A stretch of DNA of 50,093 nucleotides from Marivivens sp. (lineage in GTDB: Bacteria; Pseudomonadota; Alphaproteobacteria; Rhodobacterales; Rhodobacteraceae). Positions 18,771-30,697 of the stretch are shown here, in pieces. A program made the position numbers and the translations under genes. The stretch is from assembly GCA_024642145.1 (NCBI GenBank), contig JAHEBS010000001.1, positions 1 through 50,093 on the forward strand, in the 5' to 3' direction. The notes beneath the pieces are model-generated. The model had not been told where the DNA came from and did not search any database. It saw only the letters and a list, made by a program, of their open reading frames with translations. How positions within the stretch are numbered: position 1 is the first letter of the stretch; each line of letters opens with the position of its first letter.

Positions 18771-19931
18771 TTAGGCCTGCTTGGCCATCACGGCAACAAA
18801 GAAACCATCGCCCCATCCGTCGGGCAGAAAGCTTTGGCGGGTGATTTCCGCAAAGCTGGGGTTTGCCGCCAGAAAGGCCTCGACCTGCCGACCGTTTTCC
18901 TGATCCAGCATCGAGCAGGTCGCATAGGCCAAAATCCCACCCGCGCGGACATGGGCCGCGGCCTGCGACAGCACCTGCGCCTGTAGCATGACCAACGCGT
19001 CCAGCCGTGCCTGCGTCAGGGCCCATTTGGCCTCGGGCGTGCGCCGCCATGTGCCGGAACCAGTGCAGGGTGCATCGACAAAAACCACGTCAAAACTCTG
19101 CTCGGGGGCCAGCGATGCGGGCGGACAAACCGCGATCCGCACGCCGGCGCGGGCAGCGCGGGCGGGGATGTCGGCCATACGGCGGGGGTCAATGTCATGG
19201 GCAGTCACCTTGGCGCCCCGCGCGGCGAAGGCCAGCCCTTTGCCGCCACCGCCGGCGCAATAGTCCAGCAGGCTTTGTCCTTCGCGCAAGGGCACAAGCG
19301 CCACCGCCGCCTGTGACGCCGCATCTTGCAACTCGACCAGCCCCTGCCCATAGGCCGCGGCGTTCTGAACCTTGCGCGCGCCGGTTTCGACGCGTAGCGC
19401 CGTCGCCACAGCGGGGACCTCAACGGCCTCGATCCCGTCGGCGGACAGCACCGCCAAGACCTCGGTCATGGTGCTGCGCCGCGTATTGACGCGCAGGGTC
19501 ACTGGCGCGCGGTCACGCAGCGCGGCCATCACGGGTGCGGCTTGGTCGGCCAGACTTGCCTGCAGATGAGGCCAGAGCCAATCGGGGCAGTCCAGCGCCT
19601 CGGTCTGGGTCAGATCGACCCTGCCCGTTTCGCTGGCATCAAGTGCTGCGGGCGCGTGGCGCTCGCCCGTAAAGATCGTGGCTGGATCGCTATCGCCTTG
19701 GCGCAAAAGCCCCAGCACCAACGCCCGCCCGCCCATGCCCCCGCCCAGCGCGGCACAGGACCTTTTGCGCCGTACCACCTCATAGACGATGTCGCGGATC
19801 GCGTGGCGGTCACCCGACCCCGCAAAGCGGTTGGACCGCGCCCAGTTGGTCAGGCAACGTTCGGCGGGTTCACCCTCTATAATCCGGTCAAGGATTTCGA
19901 TGGCGGCCTGATGGCGGGCGGCGGGGGTCAC
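18771..19931 (-). CDS. RsmB/NOP-family SAM-dependent RNA (cytosine-C5) methyltransferase
   Basis: A 386-aa protein with LLDYCAGGGGK (SAM motif I) and FDVVFVDAPCTGSGTWRRTPEAKW (catalytic Cys motifs). It starts 3 nt after the guaB stop. Confidence 0.85.
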   Translation of the reverse strand: MTPAARHQAAIEILDRIIEGEPAERCLTNWARSNRFAGSGDRHAIRDIVYEVVRRKRSCAALGGGMGGRALVLGLLRQGDSDPATIFTGERHAPAALDASETGRVDLTQTEALDCPDWLWPHLQASLADQAAPVMAALRDRAPVTLRVNTRRSTMTEVLAVLSADGIEAVEVPAVATALRVETGARKVQNAAAYGQGLVELQDAASQAAVALVPLREGQSLLDYCAGGGGKGLAFAARGAKVTAHDIDPRRMADIPARAARAGVRIAVCPPASLAPEQSFDVVFVDAPCTGSGTWRRTPEAKWALTQARLDALVMLQAQVLSQAAAHVRAGGILAYATCSMLDQENGRQVEAFLAANPSFAEITRQSFLPDGWGDGFFVAVMAKQA

Positions 19932-19934
19932 CCG

Positions 19935-22246
<2,312 letters not shown>

Positions 22247-22329
22247 CCGGCACATCAAATGACGCAAGACGGCTGCCCGCCCGCCCGACACAAGCTATTC
22301 TGAACAAGCGCAAACCAAAGGCCTGCCCC

Positions 22330-24369
22330 ATGAAGAACGATCCCCTCGTGATCTTTACCCCCTCGGGCAAGCGGGGTCATTTTCCTGCGGGCACGCCGGT
22401 TCTGACCGCCGCGCGCCAGTTGGGCGTGGACCTCGACAGCGTCTGCGGCGGGCGCGGGATCTGTTCGAAATGCCAGATCACGCCCGCCTACGGCGAGTTC
22501 CCCAAGCATGGCGTCACCGTAGCCGAAGGCGCGCTCAGCGAATGGAATGCGGTCGAGGACCGCTATGACCGCATCCGTGGTCTGCCCAAGGGGCGACGGC
22601 TGGGTTGTCAGGCGCGGATCGAGGCCGATGTGGTCATCGACGTGCCCCCCGAAAGTCAGGTCCACCGTCAGGTCGTCCGCAAGGCCGCGACCCAGCGCGA
22701 CATCATCATGGACCCCGCGACCCATCTTTACTACGTCGAGGTGGCCGAGCCCGACATGCACATCCCCTCTGGCGATTTCGAGCGGCTCAAGGATGCGCTG
22801 ACCGCCCAATGGCAGATCGGCGAGGTCACGGCCCCGCCCTCGGTCATGCGTCGCTTGCAGCCCGTGCTGCGCAAGGGCAACTGGACCGTCACCGTCGCGC
22901 TGCACCGCAAGCGCGCGGGCGGGCCTGCCGAAATCCTCGATATCTTTCCAGGCTTCCACGAGGGCCGCATCTACGGGCTTGCCGTTGACGTGGGTTCGAC
23001 CACCATCGCCGCCCATCTTTGCGATCTGCGTAATGGCAATGTGCTGGCCTCGGCTGGCGTCATGAACCCGCAGATCCGATTTGGCGAAGACCTGATGAGC
23101 CGCGTCAGCTATGCCATGATGAACCCCGGTGGCGACGCCGAGATGACCAAGGCCGTGCGCGAGGCCATTGACGGTCTGGCGCGGTCCATCGCCGCCGAAG
23201 GCGGGATCGAGGCGAACCAGATCGTCGAAATGGTCTTTGTCTGCAATCCGGTCATGCACCACCTGCTTTTGGGGATCGACCCCGTTGAACTGGGTCAGGC
23301 GCCCTTTGCCTTGGCCGTCAGCGAGAGCCTTGATCTTGAGGCCCGCGATCTGGACCTTGGCGCGGTCAATGCCGAGGCGCGGATCTATATCCTGCCCTGT
23401 ATCGCAGGCCATGTGGGTGCAGACGCCGCCGCGGTGGCCCTGTCCGAAGAACCCAACACATCGCCCGACATGGTGTTGATTGTCGATGTGGGCACCAATG
23501 CCGAGATCCTTTTGGGCAACCGCAGCCGTGTTCTGGCCTGTTCCTCGCCCACGGGGCCCGCATTCGAGGGCGCGCAGATCTCGTCCGGCCAACGCGCGGC
23601 GCCCGGCGCCATCGAAAGGGTCGAGATCGACCCCGTGACCAAGGCGCCACGTTTCCGCGTGATCGGCTTTGACATCTGGTCTGACGACCCCGCCTTTGCC
23701 ACCGCAACGGCAGGGATCGGCATTACCGGCATTTGCGGTTCCGGCATCATCGAGGCCGTCGCCGAACTGCGGCTTGCGGGGCTTTTGGATGCGCGCGGGC
23801 TGATGGGGTCGGCGGAACAAACCGGCTGCGACCGCATGATCCCCGAAGGCCGGACGCATTCCTACCTTTTGCATGACGGCACGGCACAGGGCGGTCCGCG
23901 CATCATGGTGACCCAAGGCGATATCCGCGCCATCCAACTGGCCAAGTCCGCGCTCTATGCCGGCGCGCGACTTTTGATGGACGAGATGGGCGTTGATCAG
24001 GTCGATCGCGTCGTTCTGGCCGGTGCCTTTGGCGCCCATATCTCGCCCAAGCACGCCATGGTTCTGGGGATGATCCCCGATGTGGCGCTGGACAAGGTGA
24101 TCTCGGCGGGTAACGCCGCAGGCACGGGCGCGCGCATCGCGCTCAGTTCGCTCGCCGCGCGGCGGGCGATCGAGCAGACGGTGGGCGAGATCCATAAGGT
24201 CGAGACCGCCATCGAGCCGCGTTTCCAAGAACACTTTGTCAACGCCAATGCCATTCCCCATGCGGTGGACCCCTTCCCGCATCTGCGCAGCATTGCCAGC
24301 CTGCCGGATGTCAATTTCAACGCCAATGGCGGTGGCGGCGAGGGTGGGCGCAGGCGGCGACGCGGGTGA
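22330..24369 (+). CDS. 2Fe-2S ferredoxin domain fused to an ASKHA-fold ATPase (RACo/AcsV-like corrinoid activation protein, DUF4445-type)
   Basis: The start is set at the ATG at 22330 (MKNDPLVIFTPSGKRG...). The plant-type ferredoxin Cys pattern is CGGRGICSKCQ...LGCQARI. The ASKHA phosphate motifs are YGLAVDVGSTTIAAHL and LIVDVGTNAEI. Confidence 0.8.
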   Translation: MKNDPLVIFTPSGKRGHFPAGTPVLTAARQLGVDLDSVCGGRGICSKCQITPAYGEFPKHGVTVAEGALSEWNAVEDRYDRIRGLPKGRRLGCQARIEADVVIDVPPESQVHRQVVRKAATQRDIIMDPATHLYYVEVAEPDMHIPSGDFERLKDALTAQWQIGEVTAPPSVMRRLQPVLRKGNWTVTVALHRKRAGGPAEILDIFPGFHEGRIYGLAVDVGSTTIAAHLCDLRNGNVLASAGVMNPQIRFGEDLMSRVSYAMMNPGGDAEMTKAVREAIDGLARSIAAEGGIEANQIVEMVFVCNPVMHHLLLGIDPVELGQAPFALAVSESLDLEARDLDLGAVNAEARIYILPCIAGHVGADAAAVALSEEPNTSPDMVLIVDVGTNAEILLGNRSRVLACSSPTGPAFEGAQISSGQRAAPGAIERVEIDPVTKAPRFRVIGFDIWSDDPAFATATAGIGITGICGSGIIEAVAELRLAGLLDARGLMGSAEQTGCDRMIPEGRTHSYLLHDGTAQGGPRIMVTQGDIRAIQLAKSALYAGARLLMDEMGVDQVDRVVLAGAFGAHISPKHAMVLGMIPDVALDKVISAGNAAGTGARIALSSLAARRAIEQTVGEIHKVETAIEPRFQEHFVNANAIPHAVDPFPHLRSIASLPDVNFNANGGGGEGGRRRRRG

Positions 24370-24379
24370 CAGTTGCCGC

Positions 24380-24408
24380 TTGACGGGGCCTTGGTCGCCC
24401 CATATCTC
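24380..24408 (+). promoter_or_regulatory. Sigma70-type promoter candidate for tRNA-Gly
   Basis: TTGACG (24380-24385), a 17-nt spacer and TATCTC (24403-24408). The tRNA 5' end lies 10 nt downstream of the -10 element. Confidence 0.45.
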
Positions 24409-24417
24409 AGGCCTTAG

Positions 24418-24491
24418 GCGGGTGTAGCTCAATGGTAGAGCGAGAGCTTCCCAAGCTCCAGACGAGGGTTCGATTCCCTTCACCCGCTCCA
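24418..24491 (+). tRNA. tRNA-Gly (anticodon CCC)
   Basis: The structure reads GCGGGTG-TA-GCTC-AATGGT-AGAGC-G-AGAGC-TTCCCAA-GCTCC-AGAC-GAGGG-TTCGATT-CCCTT-CACCCGC-T-CCA. It is 74 nt and close to the E. coli tRNA-Gly(CCC) layout. Confidence 0.9.
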
Positions 24492-24569
24492 CTTTCTCGC
24501 TCACGGTTGCTCTGGCGCCTGCCTGCCTTGCGGGCTAAGCCTTTGGCGTCAAGCGAGAGGAGACATTCC

Positions 24570-24920
24570 ATGCCCGAAATCAAACGTATCGGCGTCGGCG
24601 CGCGTATGAGCAAGGCCGTGATCCACAATGGCACCGTCCATCTGGCCGGTCAGGTGGGGGAGCCCGGTTCGGACGTGACCGAACAGACCAAAGAGATATT
24701 GGCCGAAATCGACCGGATTCTGGCCGAGGCGGGCACCGACAAGACGCGCCTGATTACCGCACAGATCTGGCTGGCCGATATTGCCAGCGATTTCGGCAAG
24801 ATGAACGCGGTCTGGGATAGCTGGGTTTCGCCCGGCAACACGCCCGCGCGCTATACCGGCGAGGCCAAGCTGGCGGGTCCGGAATATCTGGTCGAAATCA
24901 TCGTGACCGCGGCGCTCTGA
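24570..24920 (+). CDS. RidA/YjgF family reactive-intermediate deaminase
   Basis: The start is set at the ATG at 24570 (GAGAGGAG upstream). The protein reads MPEIKRIGVGARMSKAVIHNGTVHLAGQVG...IWLADIASDF...PARYTGEAKLAGPEYLVEI, 116 aa. The longer track ORF would overlap the tRNA. Confidence 0.85.
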   Translation: MPEIKRIGVGARMSKAVIHNGTVHLAGQVGEPGSDVTEQTKEILAEIDRILAEAGTDKTRLITAQIWLADIASDFGKMNAVWDSWVSPGNTPARYTGEAKLAGPEYLVEIIVTAAL

Positions 24921-25051
24921 CAACGCCAAGGCCGATTGCGGCCTGCGACCATTTGCGATCTGGCGATTTTGCCCTAGATTGTGGCTGGTTGAACCAAGAA
25001 GCTGCCGCCCGCGAATGGTTTGCGGGCGGATGGCAACCCCGGGGGAATGGA

Positions 25052-26044
25052 ATGGCGACGCTGTCAGAGCTGCGCGCGGCGATGGAGCCCTATACCGCCA
25101 AGAACGACCGCTTTGCGGTGACAAGCTATGTGCTGAGCATGGGCTTTTACTTGGCCACTCTGGGCCTCGCGCTTTTTGGCGGGCTACCGGTCTGGGCCGT
25201 GGGCCTGCTGATCGTGCTGAACGCGCTGTCGGGGGTACGGCTTTACGTGCTGCAACACGACTGCGGGCACGGTTCGCTGTTTGTCAGCCGCCGTTGGAAC
25301 GATCTGGCAGGTTACGGGCTGTCGACCTTTACGCTGACGCCCTATCGGACCATGCAATACAATCACAACCGCCACCACGCCCATATCGGCGATCTGGAAC
25401 ATCGGGAAACCGGTGAGGTCAACACGATGACGCTGGCCGAATGGCAGGCGGCGGGGTTCTGGCGGCGCCTGCACTATCGGCTCTACCGCAACCCCGTGCT
25501 GATGCTGCCTCTGGGCGGCATCCTGACCTATGCGATCCGCTATCGCTGGCCCAAGAATGCGCGGCGCGTCGGTCTGTTTGGCGTTCTGGCGCAGGATCTG
25601 GCGCTGTTGATTTGGATCGTGGCGATCTGGGCTTTGGCGGGTGAGCGCGGGCTGGTGGTCTATGGCCTGACCGTTCTATGCGCGGGCTGTGTGGGCGTGT
25701 TTTCGGTCTATTTGCAGCATAACTTCGAAGAGACCTATTGGGACCGTCGGCCCGATTACAATCTGCGCGACGCCTCGTTCCATGGTTCGTCGGTGGTGAC
25801 GCTGGGCGCGCTTTATGATTTGGCCACCGCCAATATCAGCTACCATGCGCTGCATCACTTCAATCCGCGCATTCCCTACTATAATCTCAAGCGCTGTTTT
25901 GGCGACCTGCGCGAGCCCTATTCGATCCCCTCGATCGGCTGGAAAGGCGCGTTGCACGCCTTTACCCTGAAACTCTGGGATGAAGAGCAAGAGCGGCTGG
26001 TGCCGTTTCCGCGGCGCGCAGTCGCGGCTGTCGCCGAGGCGTAG
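25052..26044 (+). CDS. Membrane fatty-acid desaturase family protein
   Basis: Three histidine boxes are present (HDCGH, HNRHHAH, HALHH), with hydrophobic stretches between them. The start is set at the ATG at 25052. Confidence 0.85.
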   Translation: MATLSELRAAMEPYTAKNDRFAVTSYVLSMGFYLATLGLALFGGLPVWAVGLLIVLNALSGVRLYVLQHDCGHGSLFVSRRWNDLAGYGLSTFTLTPYRTMQYNHNRHHAHIGDLEHRETGEVNTMTLAEWQAAGFWRRLHYRLYRNPVLMLPLGGILTYAIRYRWPKNARRVGLFGVLAQDLALLIWIVAIWALAGERGLVVYGLTVLCAGCVGVFSVYLQHNFEETYWDRRPDYNLRDASFHGSSVVTLGALYDLATANISYHALHHFNPRIPYYNLKRCFGDLREPYSIPSIGWKGALHAFTLKLWDEEQERLVPFPRRAVAAVAEA

Positions 26045-26061
26045 GGGGGCGCCGCCCCCCT
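26043..26061. terminator. GC-rich inverted repeat between the convergent desaturase and pgi genes
   Basis: AGGGGGGCG-C-CGCCCCCCT has 9-nt arms and overlaps the desaturase stop codon. There is no clear T-tract. Confidence 0.3.
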
Positions 26062-26118
26062 CTGGCCTGACGGCCATTCACCCCCCGGGATATTTCAGGG
26101 CCTCCGAGAGCGGCGGTT

Positions 26119-27726
26119 TCAGGCGCCTTGGCTTTGCAAGAAGGCCACGAGGGCCGCGGTCGAGCCGTCTTTGCCCGTGGTGCCCGATTTGCCCTCGACC
26201 ACCGGCTGCAGGGCGGTTGCGAGTTCCTTGCCAAGCTCTACGCCCCACTGGTCGTAGGAATTGATGCCCAGCACCACGCCTTCGACAAAAACGCGATGTT
26301 CGTAAAGCGCGATAATCTGGCCGAGCGTGAACGGGGTAAGCCGGGGATAGGCCAAGGTGACCGAGGGGCGATTGCCCGCAAAGACGCGGTGGCGTGCCTG
26401 CCGTTCCAATTCGGGGCCTGTCAGCCCTTTGCGCGCCATGATGGCCCGCGCCTCGTCCAGATTGCGGCCCTTGAGCAGAGCCTCGGACTGGGCAAGGCAA
26501 TTGGCAATCAAAAGCTGGTGCTGGTGATGGAGCGCGGGTTCATGGCCACGCGCGGCAATCAGAAATTCGCAGGGGATCACACGCGTTCCCTGATGGATCA
26601 GCTGGTAGAAGGCGTGTTGACCGTTGGTGCCGGGTTCACCCCAGACCACGGGGCCGCTGTTGCGCGTGAGATCCGAGCCGTCCATGGCCACGGATTTGCC
26701 GTTCGATTCCATCTCGAGTTGCTGGAGATAGGCCGGCAGACGCGCGAGGCGGTTGTCATAGGGCAGAACCGCGCGGCTGGCGTAGCCGCAGATCTGGTTG
26801 TGCCAGATGCCGCTCAACGCCAGCATCGCGGGCATGTTTTCGGCCCATGGGGCCGTCAGGAAATGGTCGTCCATGTCCTGCCCGCCCGCCAGAAAGGCGC
26901 GGAAGTTTTCGGGGCCGATGGCGATCATCAGCGACAGCCCGATGGGACCCCACATGGAATAACGACCACCGACCCAATCCTCGAAGCCAAAGACCCGCTC
27001 GCGCGCGATGCCAAAGGCGGCCGTGCGGTCTGCGGCGGTGGAAAGGGCCGCGAATTGCGCGGCCGGATCGGCCACCTGTGCGGCCATCCACGCCCGCGCG
27101 GTTTCGGCATTGGTCATGGTTTCGATGGTGGTGAAGGTCTTGGAGGCCACAATCACCAGCGTGGTTTGCGGATTGCAACGCGCCAGCACCTCGGCCACGT
27201 CCGCGGGATCCACGTTCGAGACGAAATGGCAGCGGGGGCCGTCGTGATAGGGCGAGAGTGCGCGCACGGCCATGGCGGGGCCGAGGTCGGATCCGCCAAT
27301 GCCGATGTTCACCACATCGGTAAAGGCACCGCCCTGCCCCTTGAAGCCGCCTGAACGGACGGCATTGGCGAAAGCCTCCATGCGCGCCAAGGTCGCCAGC
27401 ACCGCGGGCATGACGTCTTGGCCATCGACCGTGATTTTGCGGCCCCCAAGGTTGCGCAGGGCTGTGTGCAGCACGGCGCGGCCTTCGGTTTCGTTGATCT
27501 TCTGCCCCGCAAACATCGCCGCGCGGCGCGTTGCCACGCCAGTGCTTTCCAAAAGCCCGATCAGCAGATCGCGGGCCTGCGCGTCGATCGCGGTTTTGGC
27601 ATAGTCAAACAGCATATCGCCATGTCGCACCGCAAAGGTTGTGGCGCGGGCGGGGTCGGCGGCGAAAAGATCAGCGATACGTTGATCGGCATGATCTGCA
27701 CGATAGCGGTTCAGGGTTTGCCACAT
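26119..27726 (-). CDS. pgi: Glucose-6-phosphate isomerase
   Basis: The start is set at the ATG at 27726, 4 nt after the pgl stop. Family-typical segments include [42 protein letters not shown] and [12 protein letters not shown]. Confidence 0.96.
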   Translation of the reverse strand: MWQTLNRYRADHADQRIADLFAADPARATTFAVRHGDMLFDYAKTAIDAQARDLLIGLLESTGVATRRAAMFAGQKINETEGRAVLHTALRNLGGRKITVDGQDVMPAVLATLARMEAFANAVRSGGFKGQGGAFTDVVNIGIGGSDLGPAMAVRALSPYHDGPRCHFVSNVDPADVAEVLARCNPQTTLVIVASKTFTTIETMTNAETARAWMAAQVADPAAQFAALSTAADRTAAFGIARERVFGFEDWVGGRYSMWGPIGLSLMIAIGPENFRAFLAGGQDMDDHFLTAPWAENMPAMLALSGIWHNQICGYASRAVLPYDNRLARLPAYLQQLEMESNGKSVAMDGSDLTRNSGPVVWGEPGTNGQHAFYQLIHQGTRVIPCEFLIAARGHEPALHHQHQLLIANCLAQSEALLKGRNLDEARAIMARKGLTGPELERQARHRVFAGNRPSVTLAYPRLTPFTLGQIIALYEHRVFVEGVVLGINSYDQWGVELGKELATALQPVVEGKSGTTGKDGSTAALVAFLQSQGA

Positions 27727-27730
27727 CGCC

Positions 27731-28402
27731 TCAGCCCTCGGCCCAATGGACGGTCGCACCTTGCAAGAGCGCCGCGATCGGCGCCTTTTCCGGCGTCAGG
27801 TTCTGCGCGCGCTCCAGTGCCACGCGTTTGGGTCCGCCGATGATGATGACATGGCGGTTCAGAGCCGCGCCCAGCACGCGGGCAGAGAGCGTGATCCGCG
27901 GCTCGGGCGCGCCGGGGGCGCGCATCGGCACCACAAGGGCCTCGCCATGCAAGGCGTCGTGCAAACGGTCGGCGCCGGGGAAAATCGAGGCGGTATGCAT
28001 ATCCTCGCCCATGCCCAAAAGGGCGACGGAAATCGGCAATGCGGGGGCAAGCGCGGCGGAAATACCCGCAAGCGCCTCTTCAGGGGTGGGTTGGTCGAGA
28101 TAGAGCGGCAACAGAGTCGCGGCGGCGGCGCCGTCGGTCAGCAACCGCGCGCGCAACAGCCGCGTGTTCGAACGTGGCGAGGTTTCGGGCACCCAGCGTT
28201 CATCCGTAAGCACCACGTTGACCCGCGCCCAATCCAGATGGGTCGCGGCCAAACCGTCAAAGACCGGGCCGGGCGTCGTGCCGCCAGGCACCGCCAGCGT
28301 GGCGTTTCCGCCGCCCGCCAAGGCCGATTCCAGCTCGCCCGCGATGATATTGGCCAGACCCATCGCCATCATTTCGGCGTCGGGATATTCGATCAGCTTC
28401 AT
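27731..28402 (-). CDS. pgl: 6-phosphogluconolactonase
   Basis: The start is set at the ATG at 28402 (MKLIEYPD...). Motifs include [15 protein letters not shown] and [16 protein letters not shown]. It sits between zwf and pgi. Confidence 0.9.
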   Translation of the reverse strand: MKLIEYPDAEMMAMGLANIIAGELESALAGGGNATLAVPGGTTPGPVFDGLAATHLDWARVNVVLTDERWVPETSPRSNTRLLRARLLTDGAAAATLLPLYLDQPTPEEALAGISAALAPALPISVALLGMGEDMHTASIFPGADRLHDALHGEALVVPMRAPGAPEPRITLSARVLGAALNRHVIIIGGPKRVALERAQNLTPEKAPIAALLQGATVHWAEG

Positions 28403-28415
28403 TGGCGGCCCCCCG

Positions 28416-29864
28416 TCAACCTTTGATCTCGCGCCAGCGGCGCCCGTCACGATGCATGAGCATCATGGCCTCTTCGGGACCCGCGGAACCCGCCTCATAG
28501 GGGCGTGGCCTGTCGCCGCGGGCGTCCCAACCGGAAATGATCGGATCCGTCCATGCCCATGCGGCCTCGACCTCGTCGCCGCGCATGAACAGGGTCTGGT
28601 TGCCACGGATCACATCCATGATCAGACGTTCATAGGCGTCATGCACCTCGCCTGCATCGGGCCCGAGCGCCTCGGCAAAGGTCATGTCCAGCGGCACGTC
28701 CACCAGTCGCATGCCGCCCGGTCCCGGTTCCTTGATCGTCACTTGCAGGTCCATGCCCTCGTTGGGTTGCAGACGGATGGCAAGGATGTTGCGGTGACGC
28801 GCGGTGTCGCCTTCGAAGATCGAATGTCCAAGGTCCTTGAAAACCACGGCAATCTCTGACGACCGCGCGCGCATTTTCTTTCCCGTGCGCAGATAGAACG
28901 GCACGCCGGCCCATCGCCAGTTCGAGATATGCGCCTTGATCGCCACAAAGCATTCGGTGGTCGAGGCAGGGTTTTCGGCGTCATCGCGATAGGCCTTGCC
29001 ACCGGACCCATACTGGCCACGCACGATTTCATCGGCGGCCACGGGATCAAGCGCGCGGATCACCTTGAGCTTTTCATCGCGCACCGCATCGGCATCAAAC
29101 CGCGAGGGCGGCTCCATCGCGATCAGGCACAAAAGCTGCATCAGGTGGTTTTGCACCATATCGCGCATCGCGCCCGACTGATCGTAATAGCCGCCGCGCC
29201 CGTCGACGCCCACCGTCTCGGCGACAGTGACCTGAATGTGGTCGACGTAATGGTTGTTCCACAGCGGCTCGAACAGGATATTGCCGAAACGCACCGCCAT
29301 CAGGTTCTGGACGGTTTCCTTGCCCAGATAATGGTCGATCCGGTAGATCTGCGTTTCTTTGAAATGGGTTGCAAGCGTCGCGTTCAGCGCGCGCGCCGTG
29401 GCCAGATCGTGGCCAAACGGCTTTTCCACCACGATCCGACAGTCGGGTGTGGCGATATTGAAACGGTGCAGCCGCTCGGCCAGATCGCCAAACAGCGAGG
29501 GCGCGACCGAGAAATAGAAGGCACGCACCACGCCCTCGCGCATCAGGCCGGACAAGGCTTGCCAGCCACCCTCGCCCTTGGCGTCGACCGCGACGTAATG
29601 GATCTGCGCCAGAAACGCCTTGAGGCATTCGGCATCGTCTTTTTCCGGCCCACCGAACTCGGCCACGGCCTCGGCCACCATCTGACGGAAGGCGTCATGG
29701 TCCAGCGCGCTGCGGGCCGCGCCGACAATGCGGGCCTCGGCGGGCATCTGACCGGAACGGTAGCGGCGGAACAGGCCAGGCAGGATCTTGCGTCGCGCAA
29801 GATCGCCAGTGCCCCCAAAGATCACCAGATCGAAATTTTCTACCGGAATCACACGCGAGACCAT
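28416..29864 (-). CDS. zwf: Glucose-6-phosphate 1-dehydrogenase
   Basis: A 482-aa protein with LVIFGGTGDLARRKILP (NADP motif), the active-site peptide RIDHYLGKE, and EPGPGGMRL. Confidence 0.97.
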   Translation of the reverse strand: MVSRVIPVENFDLVIFGGTGDLARRKILPGLFRRYRSGQMPAEARIVGAARSALDHDAFRQMVAEAVAEFGGPEKDDAECLKAFLAQIHYVAVDAKGEGGWQALSGLMREGVVRAFYFSVAPSLFGDLAERLHRFNIATPDCRIVVEKPFGHDLATARALNATLATHFKETQIYRIDHYLGKETVQNLMAVRFGNILFEPLWNNHYVDHIQVTVAETVGVDGRGGYYDQSGAMRDMVQNHLMQLLCLIAMEPPSRFDADAVRDEKLKVIRALDPVAADEIVRGQYGSGGKAYRDDAENPASTTECFVAIKAHISNWRWAGVPFYLRTGKKMRARSSEIAVVFKDLGHSIFEGDTARHRNILAIRLQPNEGMDLQVTIKEPGPGGMRLVDVPLDMTFAEALGPDAGEVHDAYERLIMDVIRGNQTLFMRGDEVEAAWAWTDPIISGWDARGDRPRPYEAGSAGPEEAMMLMHRDGRRWREIKG

Positions 29865-29879
29865 GCGTCGCCCTCTGTC

Positions 29880-29893
29880 GTTAGCGCTAACGC
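29880..29893. promoter_or_regulatory. Perfect 14-bp palindrome CGTTAGCGCTAACG immediately upstream of the zwf RBS; candidate operator
   Basis: Read directly from the sequence. It lies 15 nt 5' of the zwf ATG on the minus strand and abuts AGAGGG. The central CG is reminiscent of LacI-family operators. Confidence 0.35.
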
Positions 29894-29957
29894 GGCCCTT
29901 CTATCGGGCCTGCCCCTGCCTGTCTAGCGCATTGGCCAACCGATGTCGCGGGTGGGA

Positions 29958-30542
29958 TCAGGCCTGCAACTCGCTATCCCAATAGAGATAGTCGACCCAG
30001 CTTTCGTGCAGGTGGTTTGGCGGGAAACGGCGCCCGACGTTGCGCAGGTCCTCGGCGGCGGGCTGACGAGGCGGTTTGCGCAAGGCGAGGCCCGACTGGG
30101 CAAGGCTTTTGTTGGCCTTATGCAGATTGCAGGGCGAACAGGCGGCGACGACGTTTTCCCAACTGGTGATGCCCCCGCGCGAGCGCGGCACCACATGGTC
30201 AAAGGTCAGATCGCCGCGCGACCCGCAGTATTGGCAGCAAAAGCCGTCCCTCAGAAAAAGATTGAAGCGCGTGAAGGCCACGCGCTTCTGGGGTTTTACG
30301 TAATCTTTAAGCACGACGACCGAGGGTATCTTGATCGTGGTTGATGGACTTCTGACCGTCTCGTCATATTCCGCCACGATGGAAACCCGATCCAGCCAGA
30401 CCGCCTTGATCGCCTCTTGCCATGGCCAGAGCGACAGCGGGTAGTAGGACAGCGGCCTAAAGTCTGCGTTCAACACCAGCGCTGGATGTTGCCTCAGCGC
30501 GGCTGGATCATGCACGAAACTGGTTCTAAATTCAGAGTCCAC
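29958..30542 (-). CDS. HNH endonuclease family protein
   Basis: A 194-aa protein with CCQYCGSRGDLTFDHVVPRSRGGITSWENVVAACSPCNLHK (HNH/zinc-finger core). Confidence 0.85.
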   Translation of the reverse strand: MDSEFRTSFVHDPAALRQHPALVLNADFRPLSYYPLSLWPWQEAIKAVWLDRVSIVAEYDETVRSPSTTIKIPSVVVLKDYVKPQKRVAFTRFNLFLRDGFCCQYCGSRGDLTFDHVVPRSRGGITSWENVVAACSPCNLHKANKSLAQSGLALRKPPRQPAAEDLRNVGRRFPPNHLHESWVDYLYWDSELQA

Positions 30543-30697
30543 GACACCCTCGTCCGGTTCTGCATTGCATCCGGAGCGGGAGCACCGCTCCGCTTTGATG
30601 CCACTATATCTCGGAGCGAACGTCTAGCAAGCCCCAGATAAGGTGGAATCTATGTGCATAACTTTGTGGGGGCCATTTGTCACAGCAAGGTGACAGA

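Noticed and set aside
24432-24569. The upstream part of the RidA-family track ORF, which overlaps tRNA-Gly.
   Set aside because: The translated extension runs through the tRNA gene. A strong GAGAGGAG RBS precedes the internal ATG at 24570, where the RidA domain begins.
29958-30542. The HNH endonuclease might mark a restriction-modification system, a homing element or a defence locus.
   Set aside because: - It stands alone with no adjacent methylase, intein, intron or phage genes.
- It is flanked by housekeeping operons.
- The N-terminal region and size fit a stand-alone HNH family that, as I remember it, is broadly conserved in alphaproteobacteria.
30677-30696. The inverted repeat TGTCAC-N6-GTGACA, right after the hydrolase gene stop.
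   Set aside because: It is a short 6-bp stem with no T-tract on the relevant strand. It could be a weak terminator or an operator, but nothing supports either reading.
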